A stretch of DNA of 64,000 nt, taken from Tubiluchus corallicola. Its lineage: Eukaryota; Animalia; Priapulida. How positions within the stretch are numbered: the stretch's first letter is position 1; the number at the start of each line of letters is the position of its first letter. Both the position numbers and the translations under genes were made by a program. Positions 51,876 through 64,000 of this stretch are shown piece after piece. The stretch is taken from positions 1-64,000 of the forward strand of contig JAQGDQ010000571.1 of assembly GCA_030141605.1 (NCBI GenBank). Reading direction: 5' to 3'. The notes below the pieces were generated by a model. It saw nothing but the letters and a program-made list of their open reading frames with translations, ran no database searches and was not told the DNA's origin.

Positions 51876-51993
51876 GACGAGGGAACATTTCAAATGAAGC
51901 AGGCCGCTCGAGATCTCCTCAAACAACTTGGCAGCGATAAGGCCGCCACTCTGGGCTGGAGAGACATGTGGGCCATGGTTACGAGGAAAGACG
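51876..51993 (+). CDS. POMGNT1: POMGNT1 exon
   Basis: cacag|DEGTFQMKQAARDLLKQLGSDKAATLGWRDMWAMVTRKD+G|gtaagc; human DEGSF...LGWRDTW. 118 nt. Confidence 0.97.
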
Positions 51994-53225
51994 GTAAGCC
52001 TGACTGGGCAATGTAAGGTTCATTTCGCAGTGAGGATGCGCAGCAAAATTCCTCGAGGAGAAATTCCTTGTGGCAATTCTTCACGAAAATGGAACGTGTT
52101 TTCAATGGGCTCATTTCTTAGTGCGATTCCTTTGTGAGCAATTCTGCTGTCAACTAGAAGCTGTGCGTCCTCCTCGTGACGAATTTTGCCGTATGATAGA
52201 AATACTGCGTGTTCCATTTTTGTGAGGAATCGTCATTAATTTCAGTCTTAAATTTAACTACTTACTTCTTTCTTATTTAACTAACTCCCCCCCCCCAAAC
52301 AATTAGCACATTTCAGCATAAAATTTTAAGATTTAATCTCTCTTTTAACGGACTGGAGATTTTATGTTTTATTAATGCAACATCAACGGCTATCTTTGTG
52401 AAAAAGAAAAATAGTGCCCGCATATATTTATTTTATATATGTATATTTTCGAGTTATGAAGTGGAACTTCACTAAAAAACAAATAGGTCTGACAGTATAT
52501 TAACCAACAAGATTAATTGTACTTTGTATGTAAGAAATACAGCTAGTATGACTTATAACTGTAAACATTGTTATACAGTATAAAAATAGCTGTAGCTAAC
52601 TGGACAGTTTCACTGTGATATGAATTTTCTTGCTGCACTGGATTTCGAGAAAAATTCGGAAATTGTCTAAATGTTTTCTGATTTCCTGATCGCAGTTCCT
52701 TGAATCATTTGCTTTGCGTTCTGTTGGAAAATGGGCCTAGCTAGCTTGCAGTCATCCTTGCTGTTGTCAGAAAGCGACAAGTAGTAGTCAAGATGACGAC
52801 AATGAAGTCTATAGACAATGAAGCGATCAGCTGCGTTTTGATGACGCGCCCATTGCCAGTAGAACCCATTCCATTTACGAAATTACAAACTTTGTAAGAG
52901 TAACAACCCAAACTTGGAACAACTTGTCCAGTTTCTGCAGAACCAATATTGCAAAGCATTTCATTAGCCATAGCAGACTTAAACTTTGGAACTCACTACC
53001 ACCCAATGTTTTTTTTATTATGAGTTTATTGCGTATAAAAATATACAGTTTACAAAGATAAAGATGTTAGTAAAACAGGTAATGCGATGTTAGTAAAGTA
53101 ACATATCTACAGACATTCAACTTTATAATAACCACACATTGTAGTTCCCTTGTAATTATATCACAGTATACAGTGTTGTAAGACGCTATAATAGATATTT
53201 TAAAACGTAATCTTTAAATGAGTTC

Positions 53226-53620
53226 TTAACCTTTAATTTTACATTTTAGATCTACAGTACAACCATATTTAAATCGCAAATTTATTTGACTGTTATTTAC
53301 ATAATAGCATAGCTTTGGAATTCTCAATTTGCAAGACTTTGCAATTTTTCTCACAAAGTTTAATTTTCGACTATCTGTTAAATAATTCGCAGGCATTGTG
53401 CCACAAAAATACATTAATAACAATTTGACGCTTTCATTTTGTCTAAAACCAGATATTTTTCTATAAGCAGTGTTCCATTTTACCCTAACGGCATTAACTT
53501 CATTGTTTGATATACCCCCAATTTCGCCTCCGTGTAATAAAATGGGTAGACAATATTTATTGATCAGAGTTTTAGCTACTATGTCATTACGATTATGGCC
53601 CATACTTGAGAGAATGTAAA
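53226..53620 (-). mobile_element. LINE ORF2 post-RT fragment
   Basis: LINKYCLPILLHGGEI..KWNTAYRKI..ESVK, a typical non-LTR thumb/C-terminal motif. Confidence 0.75.
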
Positions 53621-54749
53621 GTACCAGTGTAACATTTACCGCTTTAAAACGTCAGTTAAACGATATCTGTTTGCTTCTCATATAAACTAGTCTTGATAAC
53701 CACCTACTGTTCCTGTGTGACACAACAGTCACAACTTTGTGTTCTTTTTGAGTAGAATCCAGAGTGCTTCGTCGTCTCATGAGCCGAATCTCCACAAGCC
53801 ACTCTTCCTACCCTTTTGAACATTCTTTTATCCATCACTTCTATCCTTACTTTGCACAACTCTTTTTTTTAAATTGCCTAAAACCCTCCGTTTTTTTTGT
53901 TCTTTTTTCTCATTATTTGGACGTGTTTATAATGGTGCAAGCAGCTTTACTTCTGGTTCTTGCCATTTATTATATGCACGCTGTCATATAATCATTATTA
54001 ATATTTATTTTTTCCCAGTGTTTATTGATATTGTATTTGTATTTACACTTCCAAATAAATTTATTATTATTATTATTATGGTCAGAAATTTCCCCTCTCT
54101 GACTCACTTTTAAAGACAACTGGGCAACGTTTATTTTAAAGGTAGTAAGCCACCACCTCATTTTGCTGCTGGTTCTAGCTTTGGGCAAGCTCACATGGTA
54201 CGGATGAAAATGAATTGCAGTTTGCTGAAAGCTCGCGTGTGTTCTAATTTCATTGCCCCTTCTCCACAGCGCTTTTGTGGTGCTCCCTATAAAGATCCCA
54301 ACCATTCTCTTATGCCCCGTCCACTTTACCAACAAATCTGCACTCAGTGTATATTTCCTTTTTTATGCAATGTAAATTAAATCTATATATATATAAATCA
54401 GAATTATATCCAAATATTACTATGTGGCAATATCTTACTTTCTTCTGACTCTAACTGATGCTATAGTATCTGCTGTCATATCATTTATTATACAAAGTAG
54501 GCGCTTTAATTAATAACACTAAATCTAAAGTATTCTATTAAGTTCTGTCAATCCAAATTTATGGTGCACGTTATTTATGCTTTTGTGTTTTCGTGTTACC
54601 AACACCTTATTTCTAGTTTGTGTCAGCCAGATTATCGCTCATTTTATTGTTGCATTAACATAAAACAGATCACAATCAATTTGTCCCATCCTTCTACTCA
54701 CATCTTACTCAACAAGTAGCGTAACCGTTTCAGCTTCATTGCTCTGACA

Positions 54750-55236
54750 CGACAAAAACATTTGCAATTGTTGTGGCATGATAAAAACAATTGCAATTGT
54801 TGTGACATGATAAAAACATTTGCAATTGTTGTGACATGATAAAAACGTTTGCAATTGTTGTGACATGATAAAAACATTTGCAATTGTTGTGACATGATAA
54901 AAACATTTGTAATTCTTTGACATGACAAAAACATTTGCAATTGTTGTGACATGACAAAAACATTTGCAATTGTTGTGACATGACAAAAACATTTGCAATT
55001 GTTGTGACATGATAAAAACATTTGCAATTGTTGTGACATGATAAAAACATTTGCAATTGTTGTGACATGATAAAAACATTTGCAATTGTTGTGACATGAT
55101 AAAAACATTTGCAATTGTTGTGACATGATAAAAACATTTGCAATTGCTGTGATATGATAAAAACATTTGCATTTGTTGTGACATGATAAAAACATTTACA
55201 ATTGTTGTGACATGATAAAAACATTTACAATTGTTG
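54750..55236. repeat. 29-bp minisatellite, about 17 copies
   Basis: Unit aaaaacatttgcaattgttgtgacatgat. Confidence 0.97.
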
Positions 55237-55325
55237 TTTAACGTGATTTAGCACTTTAAGCTGTTTAAGAACTGAATTCAGTATAAACGTTTATCTTGGC
55301 AGATTTTAATTGGTTTTGATTTTAG

Positions 55326-55424
55326 GTCTGAAATTTGATGAGGATATAAATAAATCCCCGGAGTTCAATAGCTGGGGTGCGCCACTTACAATCAAAACTC
55401 AAATCACTCTTGTACCTTTAAAAG
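55326..55424 (+). CDS. POMGNT1: POMGNT1 exon
   Basis: tttag|(G)LKFDEDINKSPEFNSWGAPLTIKTQITLVPLK+G|gtcagt; human KSPALSSWGDPVLLKT. 99 nt, phase 1/1. Confidence 0.93.
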
Positions 55425-55919
55425 GTCAGTGACTCCCTTGCAATTTTTAACCAGAATTATTTAATTTCAATTATTCCTCATTAAAATCATTACGTGTTTT
55501 TAGTATGTAAGGAAGTTTTACAGCTGCTGAATGCAAATGCGATTAACCTTTTTTTTAAAATCACTCTTGTACCTTTAAAAGGTGAGTGACTCTTGTAATT
55601 TTTAACCAGAATTATTTAATTTAAAATTTTCCCAACTAAAATCATTACATGTGTTTTTAGTATATAAGGAAGTTTTACGGCTGCTGAATGTGATTAAGTT
55701 TTTTTAATGAGTAAATGTTAATAATCGTCCATGCTTTTTGCGGGAAATATATAGTTTTTTTATATAAACTCTGATTAAACTGAAAATGCAAAATCATGTA
55801 GGAAGTTAATCATATTTCACATAAAATGTTAGAAGGATTTGGTAATAAAGGTGTGATAAGCAGCTTGTGTGATTAGTAAAATCACTGTAAACTTTCGATC
55901 ATTTCATTCCTGGGCACTT

Positions 55920-56743
55920 GGATGCTCAAGAAAACACTCTTTATAAATAAATTTTAAGAAATTTGTCTTGAAATTTTAGATCACTCACAAGCCGTCTTAT
56001 TGTATGCAGGGCTTGCATTAGCGATAATGCTGTTAACAACACGTTTAATCTTCTGTGATTATCGTTACGTGCAGCCATTTTAATGGCAAGTTGTTTGGTA
56101 CAAGTTTAGGTAACATTGCGTAAAGTTTGAAAAAATAAACAGAGTATGCGCAACACACTCTTCACTAACTAAACAAAAGTTTAAATTACTTTATAAGGTC
56201 AATGTGAACAATAATGTATATTTTGCTGAATCAGTAGTTCACACTGCGATAACGATGCAGTGTCATTTTACCTGGTCGCGCGAATATTGTAATTATCAAG
56301 AATTTACATTTTCAATTATGTAAGTCATTATATCATTGATTCACTACATTTCATTCATTACATCATTCCATTTTAAGCACTAATGTTTTTTTTATCACAT
56401 GATTCACTTTAAATTTTCCCATTATTTCCATTACTTTTTTTTCTATCACTGTGTGGGACAATCTAACAAGCCCTGCTTTTTGATTGCCCACAACACATTT
56501 ACCTTCGTATATAGGTGAACAGTGTTTGAGGCTTTTCCTGTGGAGTATTTCTTATTGGTATTATGTTCATTGTAGGCCCTTTCACTAGATATTGTACATG
56601 AAACTATTGTAAATGTGTAAGGTGAAATAAATGACTTATGTATTAAAGTCTTTCAAACAGCTAAGGATTGTTGTAAGTAATATGAAGTTTGCGTGGAAAG
56701 TGTTTTGAGACATACTTTGAAATTCTCTTTTCTTACCCTTTAA
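55920..56743 (+). mobile_element. Family A copy interrupted by a ~300-bp insertion (about 56325-56635)
   Basis: caagaaaacactc start and CCCT-TTAA end; the insertion carries a hairpin and AATAAA. Confidence 0.7.
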
Positions 56744-56814
56744 GTTTCTAAGCCACACAAACAGGTATTTTCTCCTTTTGGTGATTCCTAAGTATGTCTT
56801 GTGTTTGATTTTAG

Positions 56815-56942
56815 AAAGCGAATGTTCGTGGCCGGTTAGCGAGGAGAACGAGCGACGAAAAGCTTTCTGTGACAAAATTGAAGGTTACGGCTCGGTGTGC
56901 AGTTGTGCAAATCCGGCTCCGCTCACATTCCACGTTCCGCGT
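56815..56942 (+). CDS. POMGNT1: POMGNT1 exon
   Basis: tttag|(E)SECSWPVSEENERRKAFCDKIEGYGSVCSCANPAPLTFHVPR|gtaagt; human FCSKVEGYGSVCSC. 128 nt. Confidence 0.97.
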
Positions 56943-57130
56943 GTAAGTTATTCATTCTACAGGGTGTCCCGTGATTACTGTTTAGCTTTATTATTATTAC
57001 TATTCATTTGTAAATTGCTGTACAATTTTCAATTTGTGAGTACCATAGAAAGATAAGAATATTTTTCTCATTTTTATACTTACTGTTTTTTATTATATTT
57101 TATACTTACTGTTTTACAGTTTAGGGTCAT

Positions 57131-57465
57131 GTTGTATGCGGTGGCCATTGTTACTGATTCTATGCAGTGGTCATTGTTACTGATTGTACGCGGTGGTCAT
57201 TGTTACTGATTGTGCGCAGTGGTCATTGTTACTGATTGTGTGCGGTGGTCATTGTTACTGATTGTATGCGGTGGCCATTGTTACTGATTGTATGCGGTGG
57301 TCATTGCTACTGATTGTAGGCGGTGGTCATTGTTACTGATTGTATGCGGTGGCCATTGTTACTCATTGTGTGCTGAGGTCATTGTTACTGATTATATGCT
57401 GTGGTCATTGTTGCTGATTGTATGTGGTGGCCATTGTTACTGATTGTACTCAGTGGTCATTGTTA
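57131..57465. repeat. 26-bp minisatellite, about 13 copies
   Basis: Unit gattgtatgcggtggtcattgttact. Confidence 0.95.
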
Positions 57466-57493
57466 ATGTTTTTACTTGCTTTGCCTGTTTCAG

Positions 57494-57564
57494 ATACCAG
57501 TGAGCCGGGTAAGCGATGTTCCTGTAATTGTGATAGCCAGTAACAGACCTCATTACCTATACAG
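57494..57564 (+). CDS. POMGNT1: POMGNT1 exon (start of GT13 catalytic domain)
   Basis: ttcag|IPVSRVSDVPVIVIASNRPHYLY+AG|gtacgc; human VPVAVIAGNRPNYLYR. 71 nt. Confidence 0.96.
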
Positions 57565-57960
57565 GTACGCTATATAGGATCTTAATAGTTGTTTACCTCT
57601 GTCGTATTCTGTATCCGTGAGGTTTGTTTTATGCAAAGAGTCTTATATGATTTTTTTACCGTAAAACTACTGTGATAATATGTATGTTTTAAGTAATAAT
57701 CTATAATCATAGTTAACAAGCGCAATTTTTACGTCTCGATCAGTCGATATGTCGTTAATGACACTATGGTTAGCATGCGAGCCTATCCTTCTGATCATGG
57801 CTGATCAGAATTCGATCAGATGGGAATATGTCTGTCTGATCAAGATTCTAAAGGAAGTCTTCTGCAAATGAATTTTGCTTGAACAGTGAACACTTGCAGT
57901 AAACCATGTGTATAATTACAGATTATTATATACAGCTTAGCAGAAAGTGTTTAAAAACGT

Positions 57961-58596
57961 GTGCTTGGATACTAAAACTGTCCATAAGTCGGCATAGTTG
58001 AAACCACGTTATGATGCTTCAAAGTAGAATAGACCAAACATTGGATCAAATTTAAATTTGTTGCTTTTTTATAAAAACAAATGCTAAATTTATTGGACTT
58101 TAATATTCTATCACCATATTGTCAGGAAACTGTACAAGAAATACTAAATTTTATAGCCCCATATCCACTTTTCTGGCTAGGAACTAGTACTGCAATTGTA
58201 AAAAAGTTGTAACTCCGGTAGTAGCTCGTGCAAGCCATCATTTTGCTTCGGGTTTTTTCTGTTGCCAAGCCCAGATCTTTGTCAAGAACAACTATCTACT
58301 GGATGAAAAATAACTTCCATGTGCTCTTGCAAAGTCCACAGCAACCAACATTTGTGCGGTTGCTAAGTGTTTTGTAGAAACGGGACAAAAAACAATATCT
58401 GACTTTAACTTTCTCAAGATTATGTTTTCTAGTGTGTAGCCCGCACCTCAACTTCAATGTGGATTATCTCAACTTAGTAATAACATAGGGCGATGGACTT
58501 GGTATCAAAATGATCCTCGTGAAATGGAGATTCAGGATATGTGAATAACTAGAAAAGCTTAATTGCCAACTTACAGACGATTTTGCTATGCAAGCT
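57961..58596 (-). mobile_element. Family G MITE, copy 2 (inverted relative to copy 1)
   Basis: Reverse complement of 51191-51847 along its length, with the same TIRs. Confidence 0.85.
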
Positions 58597-58641
58597 ATTT
58601 TTGGATTCTGTCAGGTAAATGTAGATTTTCGTTCTTTCCAG

Positions 58642-58762
58642 AATGTTACAGTCACTTTTGAAATCAGAGGGGGTAACTCCGCACATGATAACAGTATTCA
58701 TAGATGGATATTTTGAAGAACCGCTGGAAATAGCGAAATTATTCGGGTTACGAGGAATCCAG
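58642..58762 (+). CDS. POMGNT1: POMGNT1 exon
   Basis: ttccag|(R)[40 protein letters not shown]|gtaaga; human [13 protein letters not shown]...LFGLRGIQ. 121 nt. Confidence 0.97.
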
Positions 58763-59146
58763 GTAAGAGAATTTGCTTTCTCCTTGGTTTAAGCATACTG
58801 GAGGCCGGGATCCCATTCAAGGAGAAAATTCATTTTTTTTGCTTCTTGCAGTCAGCATCTTGGTGTAAATATACCTGTAGTTAATTATTAATTAATGTTG
58901 TGAAAATCTGAACAAAAAATGTTGAGCAAAAGATGCAGAAGTACAAGGTTCTTAAGCATAAAAGTACTCAAACATCAAATACATTTAGTAAAATCTCAAT
59001 TGATTCTAGCTGAAAGTTAAGCATTCCTGTGCCTGATCAGTGCTTTGTAAGGTGCTTAACTTTTTAAGCTTCTTGAATATAAAATTTGTTTGTAACTTTG
59101 AACTCCCTAGTTTATTAGTACTATTTTTCCGTGTTTTTGTGACTCA

Positions 59147-60110
59147 TATAGGGTGATTCATAATGTTTTGCTAGGGGGTATAAAAACAAAGAATAATAGT
59201 ACGGAGCAATTTATTAAATCAAAGTGTTGTTCAAACAGTTGCGAATCTTTTTGAACTTTAGTGTGAATATCTCATACGTTTCACACAAGCAGCGACTCTA
59301 TGGATTGAATACATCTTGAAGATTTCTCACAAACTTTCCTGTTGAATACTGATCAATGGTGTTTTTTTAACATCTTTACGTACAATCTGTCTAGGATAGC
59401 TCCAGTCCGTTGGCGGGGTTGAGGTTCGATGAATTTTCAAGCCATTCAGTTCAATCGAAATAGAGTTTTCAGGCTACTGCAGGGCCGGTAAAAGGGCAAG
59501 GTTGCCTAGGCGGTTGCCTAGGGCCTCGCACTTTGACCCTGATAATGTTTTTATGTGTCATGTCTGCTCACAGTTTACAGCGCAATACATTGTGAATGAT
59601 TTCGCCTCAAGGAAAGCCCAAAAAGTTAACTTTTCACAATGAAGTAGAATACTTCAGTATTATCACTTATATGTTTTTGGAATTCAATGTACACAGTTTA
59701 GTGGGCACTAAGCAACTGTATTAAAAATTCTAAATGTGAGTGAATAATATTTTTACATTTTAGCTAGGAAATACGCTTAAATTGCCTTAAAATTCAAAGA
59801 ATTTTACTTTATTTTTCAAAATTTCTCCACAGCGTCATCCCCCTAACCCCCCACTAGGGGCTCTGTCCTGGACTCCATTGGGAACTTTGCCACCAAACCC
59901 CCTCGCCTAGGGCCTTGCATTTGCTCTCACTGGCCCTGGGTCACTGATCCAAGTAAGCTCCTCAAGATTGGTGACTGTGCGAGAAATGCGAGGCTTTCAT
60001 ACTAAACTTTGAAGGCATGACAGACTTTCTGTTGTTTCGGCAAGCCTTTGATGTAATAAATTACTCGTTGTATCTGTATCCCCAAGCAAGAATTTTTGTA
60101 GCACCCTGTA
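59147..60110 (-). mobile_element. Decayed mariner-like element
   Basis: Termini TA-TAGGGTGAT ... TAGCACCCTG-TA; relic of W....S.NLNP on the - strand near 59415-59450. Confidence 0.6.
59480..59938. mobile_element. hAT-like MITE nested in the mariner relic
   Basis: TIR CAGGGCCGG / CTGGCCCTG, subterminal CCTAGG repeats, 8-bp TSD ggctactg / ggtcactg (6 of 8 match). Confidence 0.75.
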
Positions 60111-60136
60111 CTATGTAGCTTGTTTTAATATTCCAG

Positions 60137-60217
60137 CACACTCCGATAGGGATAAAGAATGCTCGCATATCACAACACTACAAAGCTAGTCTCACTGCAA
60201 CATTCACTCTCTTTCCT
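60137..60217 (+). CDS. POMGNT1: POMGNT1 exon
   Basis: ttccag|[27 protein letters not shown]|gtaagt; near-identical to human. 81 nt. Confidence 0.97.
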
Positions 60218-60683
60218 GTAAGTATTCTTTTGTAATTTCTTAATAACTTTCTCAGGTTAGTATTTTATGATATTTAAGATCTGTGTAAAGTCTTTGTAAT
60301 ACAAAGACTGTGTAGAATGTTAACGCATTGTTTATCATTAGTGGCTCCATTTGTTACTTTGCACTGTTTCCACGTTATACGAAATGATTATGCCGTTGCC
60401 ATTATTTTATGGCATGGAGTGGCTGGTGTCACGTGGGGTGGGATGGTTTTTTTATATTATGATGTCTCGATAAAGCATTATTACAAAAAAATTGTCGAAT
60501 GTTAGAGACTTGTTAGAGACAGATGGAGCCACATCAGCCAAGACATAAATTTTTTACTTAAAGTTTGCACGTCTTTATAAATACGTTCGAGCAAAACACT
60601 CATGCGCATGCGTGCGCAGCTGTAGTATATTGTTGATACCTATTTATTTTGAAAAGCAGATGTTTGTCATTATTATATCACAG

Positions 60684-60742
60684 GTTGCGGAATACGTGAT
60701 TATACTAGAGGAAGATTTGGATGTTGCTCCCGATCTGTTCTG
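60684..60742 (+). CDS. POMGNT1: POMGNT1 exon with metal/UDP-binding EED motif
   Basis: cacag|VAEYVIILEEDLDVAPDLF+TG|gtgagt; human VVLEEDLDIAVDFF. 59 nt. Confidence 0.97.
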
Positions 60743-60836
60743 GTGAGTAGGAAACGTTTACAAGATTAGCCAACATTATTACTTAGCTTTCAACATGTTG
60801 AACGGTGTTTCTGTATTTACTTGATACGGAATTATA

Positions 60837-61417
60837 CAGTCATTTGCAAAAGTTTAAGACCAAAGTGATTTTTTCATGAAAATTGACAAAACCATCGTTT
60901 AACACGGTTCCATCTAAAAACTATTCATTTATTCTTCCAAAAAAATATACTACAGCATAGTTTGTATGTTTTTATCCAAAAATAGTCACAGTCCTTGAAC
61001 ATTTTAGTACTTTGTATGGCCGCCAAAGTTGTCAATCACTGCTTTCATTCTAAGAGGCATACTGGAAATTAGGTTTTGGCAGTAGTCAGAAGTAATTTCT
61101 CTGATATCTCTTCGCAAGTCTTCAGCACTTGATGGCTGCCTGTCTGCCACCTTATCCTTCAGTATCTCCCAGAGATTCTCTATCGGATTGAGGTTCGGGC
61201 TGTTTCCAGGCCATTCAAGTACGGCGATGTTCTTCTCCCTGAGGAAATTGGTGGTCACCTTCGATCTGTGACAAGGATCTCTGTCTTGCATGAACACTGA
61301 ACAGTTGTGAATGCTCATATGCAATTCTAGTTTTTCCTGAAGCAGTTCGACATACCTAGGACCATTCATAGTGGTATTGGGTGGGAGGAAGTAGAGTCCA
61401 GCTGTCCCAGCATACAT
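60837..61417 (-). mobile_element. Tc1 (DD34E) transposon 3' half, 5'-truncated
   Basis: ORF 61004-61417: FMQD...34 aa...WPGNSPNLNPIENLW, LISSMPLRMKAVI..GGHTKY. Terminus TA-CAGTCATTTGCAAAAGTTT at 60835. Confidence 0.93.
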
Positions 61418-63694
61418 ACATATATATATATATATGTATCTGATAGGAAATTATTCAATTAGATATCTTTTTTAATAATTGTTTATTAGTGATGAACGAT
61501 TAACACATTAATCAAATTAATCCGGATTGCAACCATGTATAAATCGATATAATATATCATCGATATAAATTCAATTAATCGAGTCCAGAATATATGCAAT
61601 TACACGCTAAGTAAAAGGCAGTGTTTTAGCACAAATAAACATGATCTTTGCGTTTTTTTCTTTGTTTTTCTCACCTTAAGCAATGCGCACAATTGCAGAT
61701 TACAATGTTGCAAACTTGGAGCTTGAAAATTCGTTTTCATTGTGACATGTAGAGTAGTTAATGAATGCGCACACCTGTAAAAGTAGTTTGCAGTTATGAA
61801 AATGACAAAGAGCGGCGCTAGCCATGAAGATGTTTATAGGCTCTATTTCAATGCAATCATTGATAAATGTATAAAATACTGAGAAAATTATTGCAAAAGA
61901 TTAGTCGAATAATTATTACAAAAACAATATCATTATCAAGTTACAAAATTTCAAAATTGCCCACCATTATGGTTTGCTAAACAGTTATTACTTAGTGTTT
62001 ACATATTTATCTGTTCGTTGGTTTAACGCTTAAAAAACTATGCATTAAAAATATGAATTTCTCTAAGAACTATGCACCTTTTAAGTGTTTGTATATTTTT
62101 TTGAGAAAGTTCATATATCTTAGTACTTCTTAGTACATATATGTGTATATGTATATCATTGTATATACAAGTAAGCAATATGGTGCATTGTAATACAAGT
62201 AAGTGGTGCATTGACAGATAATCACGTAATTCATATTCATAACTATTTAAAAAAAATTTCGCTCTTTAAGGCTCACTCAAAATCGTAATTACATATTATG
62301 TTTTCCTCTCTCAACTTTCAGGTTTATTGCTCTTATACCATTGCTATTATTACATCATTTACTTCATCCTTATTTACACTAAGTTATCTACAGAAGCATG
62401 CATAACTATAATCATTTTTTCATTGAAGGAAGGTGAGTGTGTTAATGACCGTATGGGTCGTACGCTCACCTTGCACTACTCAAATTATTTTATTTAAAGT
62501 TTATTAATGTGTTTGATATTGTATTTTTTGATGTGTGAAATAAAATTCATAGTTCATAGTTCAAAAAAAGTGTTAAACTCGCAAACTTCATGTACTGTTT
62601 TCAAGCCTATCATATTTCACTTTAGTTTATGATGAATATGATGATGTGATGATATTCTACTATGATGATAATTTTTAGCTATAAACATTAGTTTAAATTA
62701 TAGGAAAAAATTGAGATAAACTAAATGTACAACACTGAGCCTTGAAGTTTCAGCTAATCTCTCTGCTGCATTGAAACAACTAATGTAGTGCCCATTTGCA
62801 AATGATAAAAAAACAATTTTCATTACACGGAATTGTGCCCGAAGGACGGTATACATTGTCAGATAACTTTCAAGTGTTACAGTTAACTGTGTTCTTTGTT
62901 TTTCTTTCGCTACCTTGTATTATCTTTTCTTTCTTAGGACACGCACACACCTTTAGATCTCGTCTAATTGGCTTCATTCACGAAAGTGCAAAACTTTACC
63001 TGTCTGGCTTTCTGTTTTTGCCAATTAAGATCTAAGACTTTCTCTCTCGCATGTCCTCTCTGTTGTGTATACTTCCATGTTTGAGCTTCAGTAGTTTTTT
63101 TTTATGCTAGCAACTTCGTCTGCACTGATATTAACCAACAAAGCCTCGGTTGTCAGTAAAATGAAATGATTGTAATGAAACATGTAATTGTTGGATGAAT
63201 TTTGGTAAAAGTGGTTGACAAAAATTCAGGGTTCCCGCAGAATTTTAAAATAGATTTTCCTGACTTTTCCCTGACCAAGTATTGATTTTCCATGATCACG
63301 ATAAACAGAAATTGCCAGTATATATATTCAAACATTTTTGTGTATGGACATTCATACATATACTGATATAATGTATCGGCCAATCATTATTTTGGGAACA
63401 GAAATTAAAAATGGGAGCCTGCCATAGCAAAATTTTATTTGAACACGAATTGCTGAAAAATATGTTTGCAAGAATATGGGCTCACGGTGATTATTTTGCA
63501 ACTTTTTCCAATTTCCCTGACTTTTTGCCCCATTTTCATCATTTTCCCAGACGTTTTACTAAATTATCCTCTTCCCTGACTTTTCAATGGCTGTCCACGA
63601 TAGCCTGTATTTTCAAAGATTTTCCAGGATCTCCGAGAATTATTATGAATTGGTGCGATTGACGAGAAAAGTCATGTGTCGTTATCATTTACAG

Positions 63695-63767
63695 GTATTT
63701 TCATCAGACTCTACCTCTGCTGGAAGATGATTCATCAATTTACTGTATATCGGCTTGGAATGATCAC
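63695..63767 (+). CDS. POMGNT1: POMGNT1 exon (gene continues beyond right edge)
   Basis: tacag|(W)YFHQTLPLLEDDSSIYCISAWNDH|gtgagt; human YCISAWNDQ. 73 nt. Confidence 0.97.
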
Positions 63768-64000
63768 GTGAGTCTTTTACTATGTCGTCGTCTAGTATAA
63801 GAGAGTTTTCACTACAATCACAGAACGATTTTTCGTGATCGTGGGAGCAGAACTGATGTCATCTTACCAGGACCGGACTTTCCTATAGGCTATTATAGGC
63901 TGCAGTTTCACCATATGAATATTTTTGTGGAGAAACAGAAGATGGTTATACTAGTTTATTTAAAGAATTTACGCTAAGTTTACTTCGTTACTGTCGCTGA

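Noticed and set aside
54698-55224. Cys/His-rich ORFs resembling zinc fingers (also 47019-47393)
   Set aside because: The 29-bp and 20-bp minisatellites give the same peptide in all three frames.

Overview
AT-rich, repeat-dense, intron-containing animal DNA, most likely from an invertebrate; it is not prokaryotic. Two conserved genes were reconstructed by hand from splice sites and are arranged divergently. RIC1 (Rab6 GEF complex subunit) is on the - strand with its first four coding exons at 5628-599, running off the left edge. POMGNT1 (protein O-mannose beta-1,2-GlcNAc transferase 1) is on the + strand with 13 coding exons at 32941-63767, running off the right edge. The rest is intron or intergenic DNA filled with TTAA-flanked (Kolobok-type) MITE families, hAT/Tigger/mariner/Tc1 relics, LINE 3' fragments, tRNA-like SINE heads, Penelope-type terminal repeats with hammerhead-ribozyme cores, and many mini- and microsatellites. 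Most long ORFs in the supplied track are repeat artefacts. I found no clearly new multi-gene system. The best leads are: inverted MITE pairs hugging POMGNT1 exon blocks (circRNA or skipping, one block forming a stop-free 408-nt circle), a duplicated stronger 'poison' splice donor, stacked uORFs before the POMGNT1 start, a possible internal promoter, and an inverted hammerhead-bearing repeat in which a minisatellite arose. Homology calls rest on my recall of the protein families, not on a database search.
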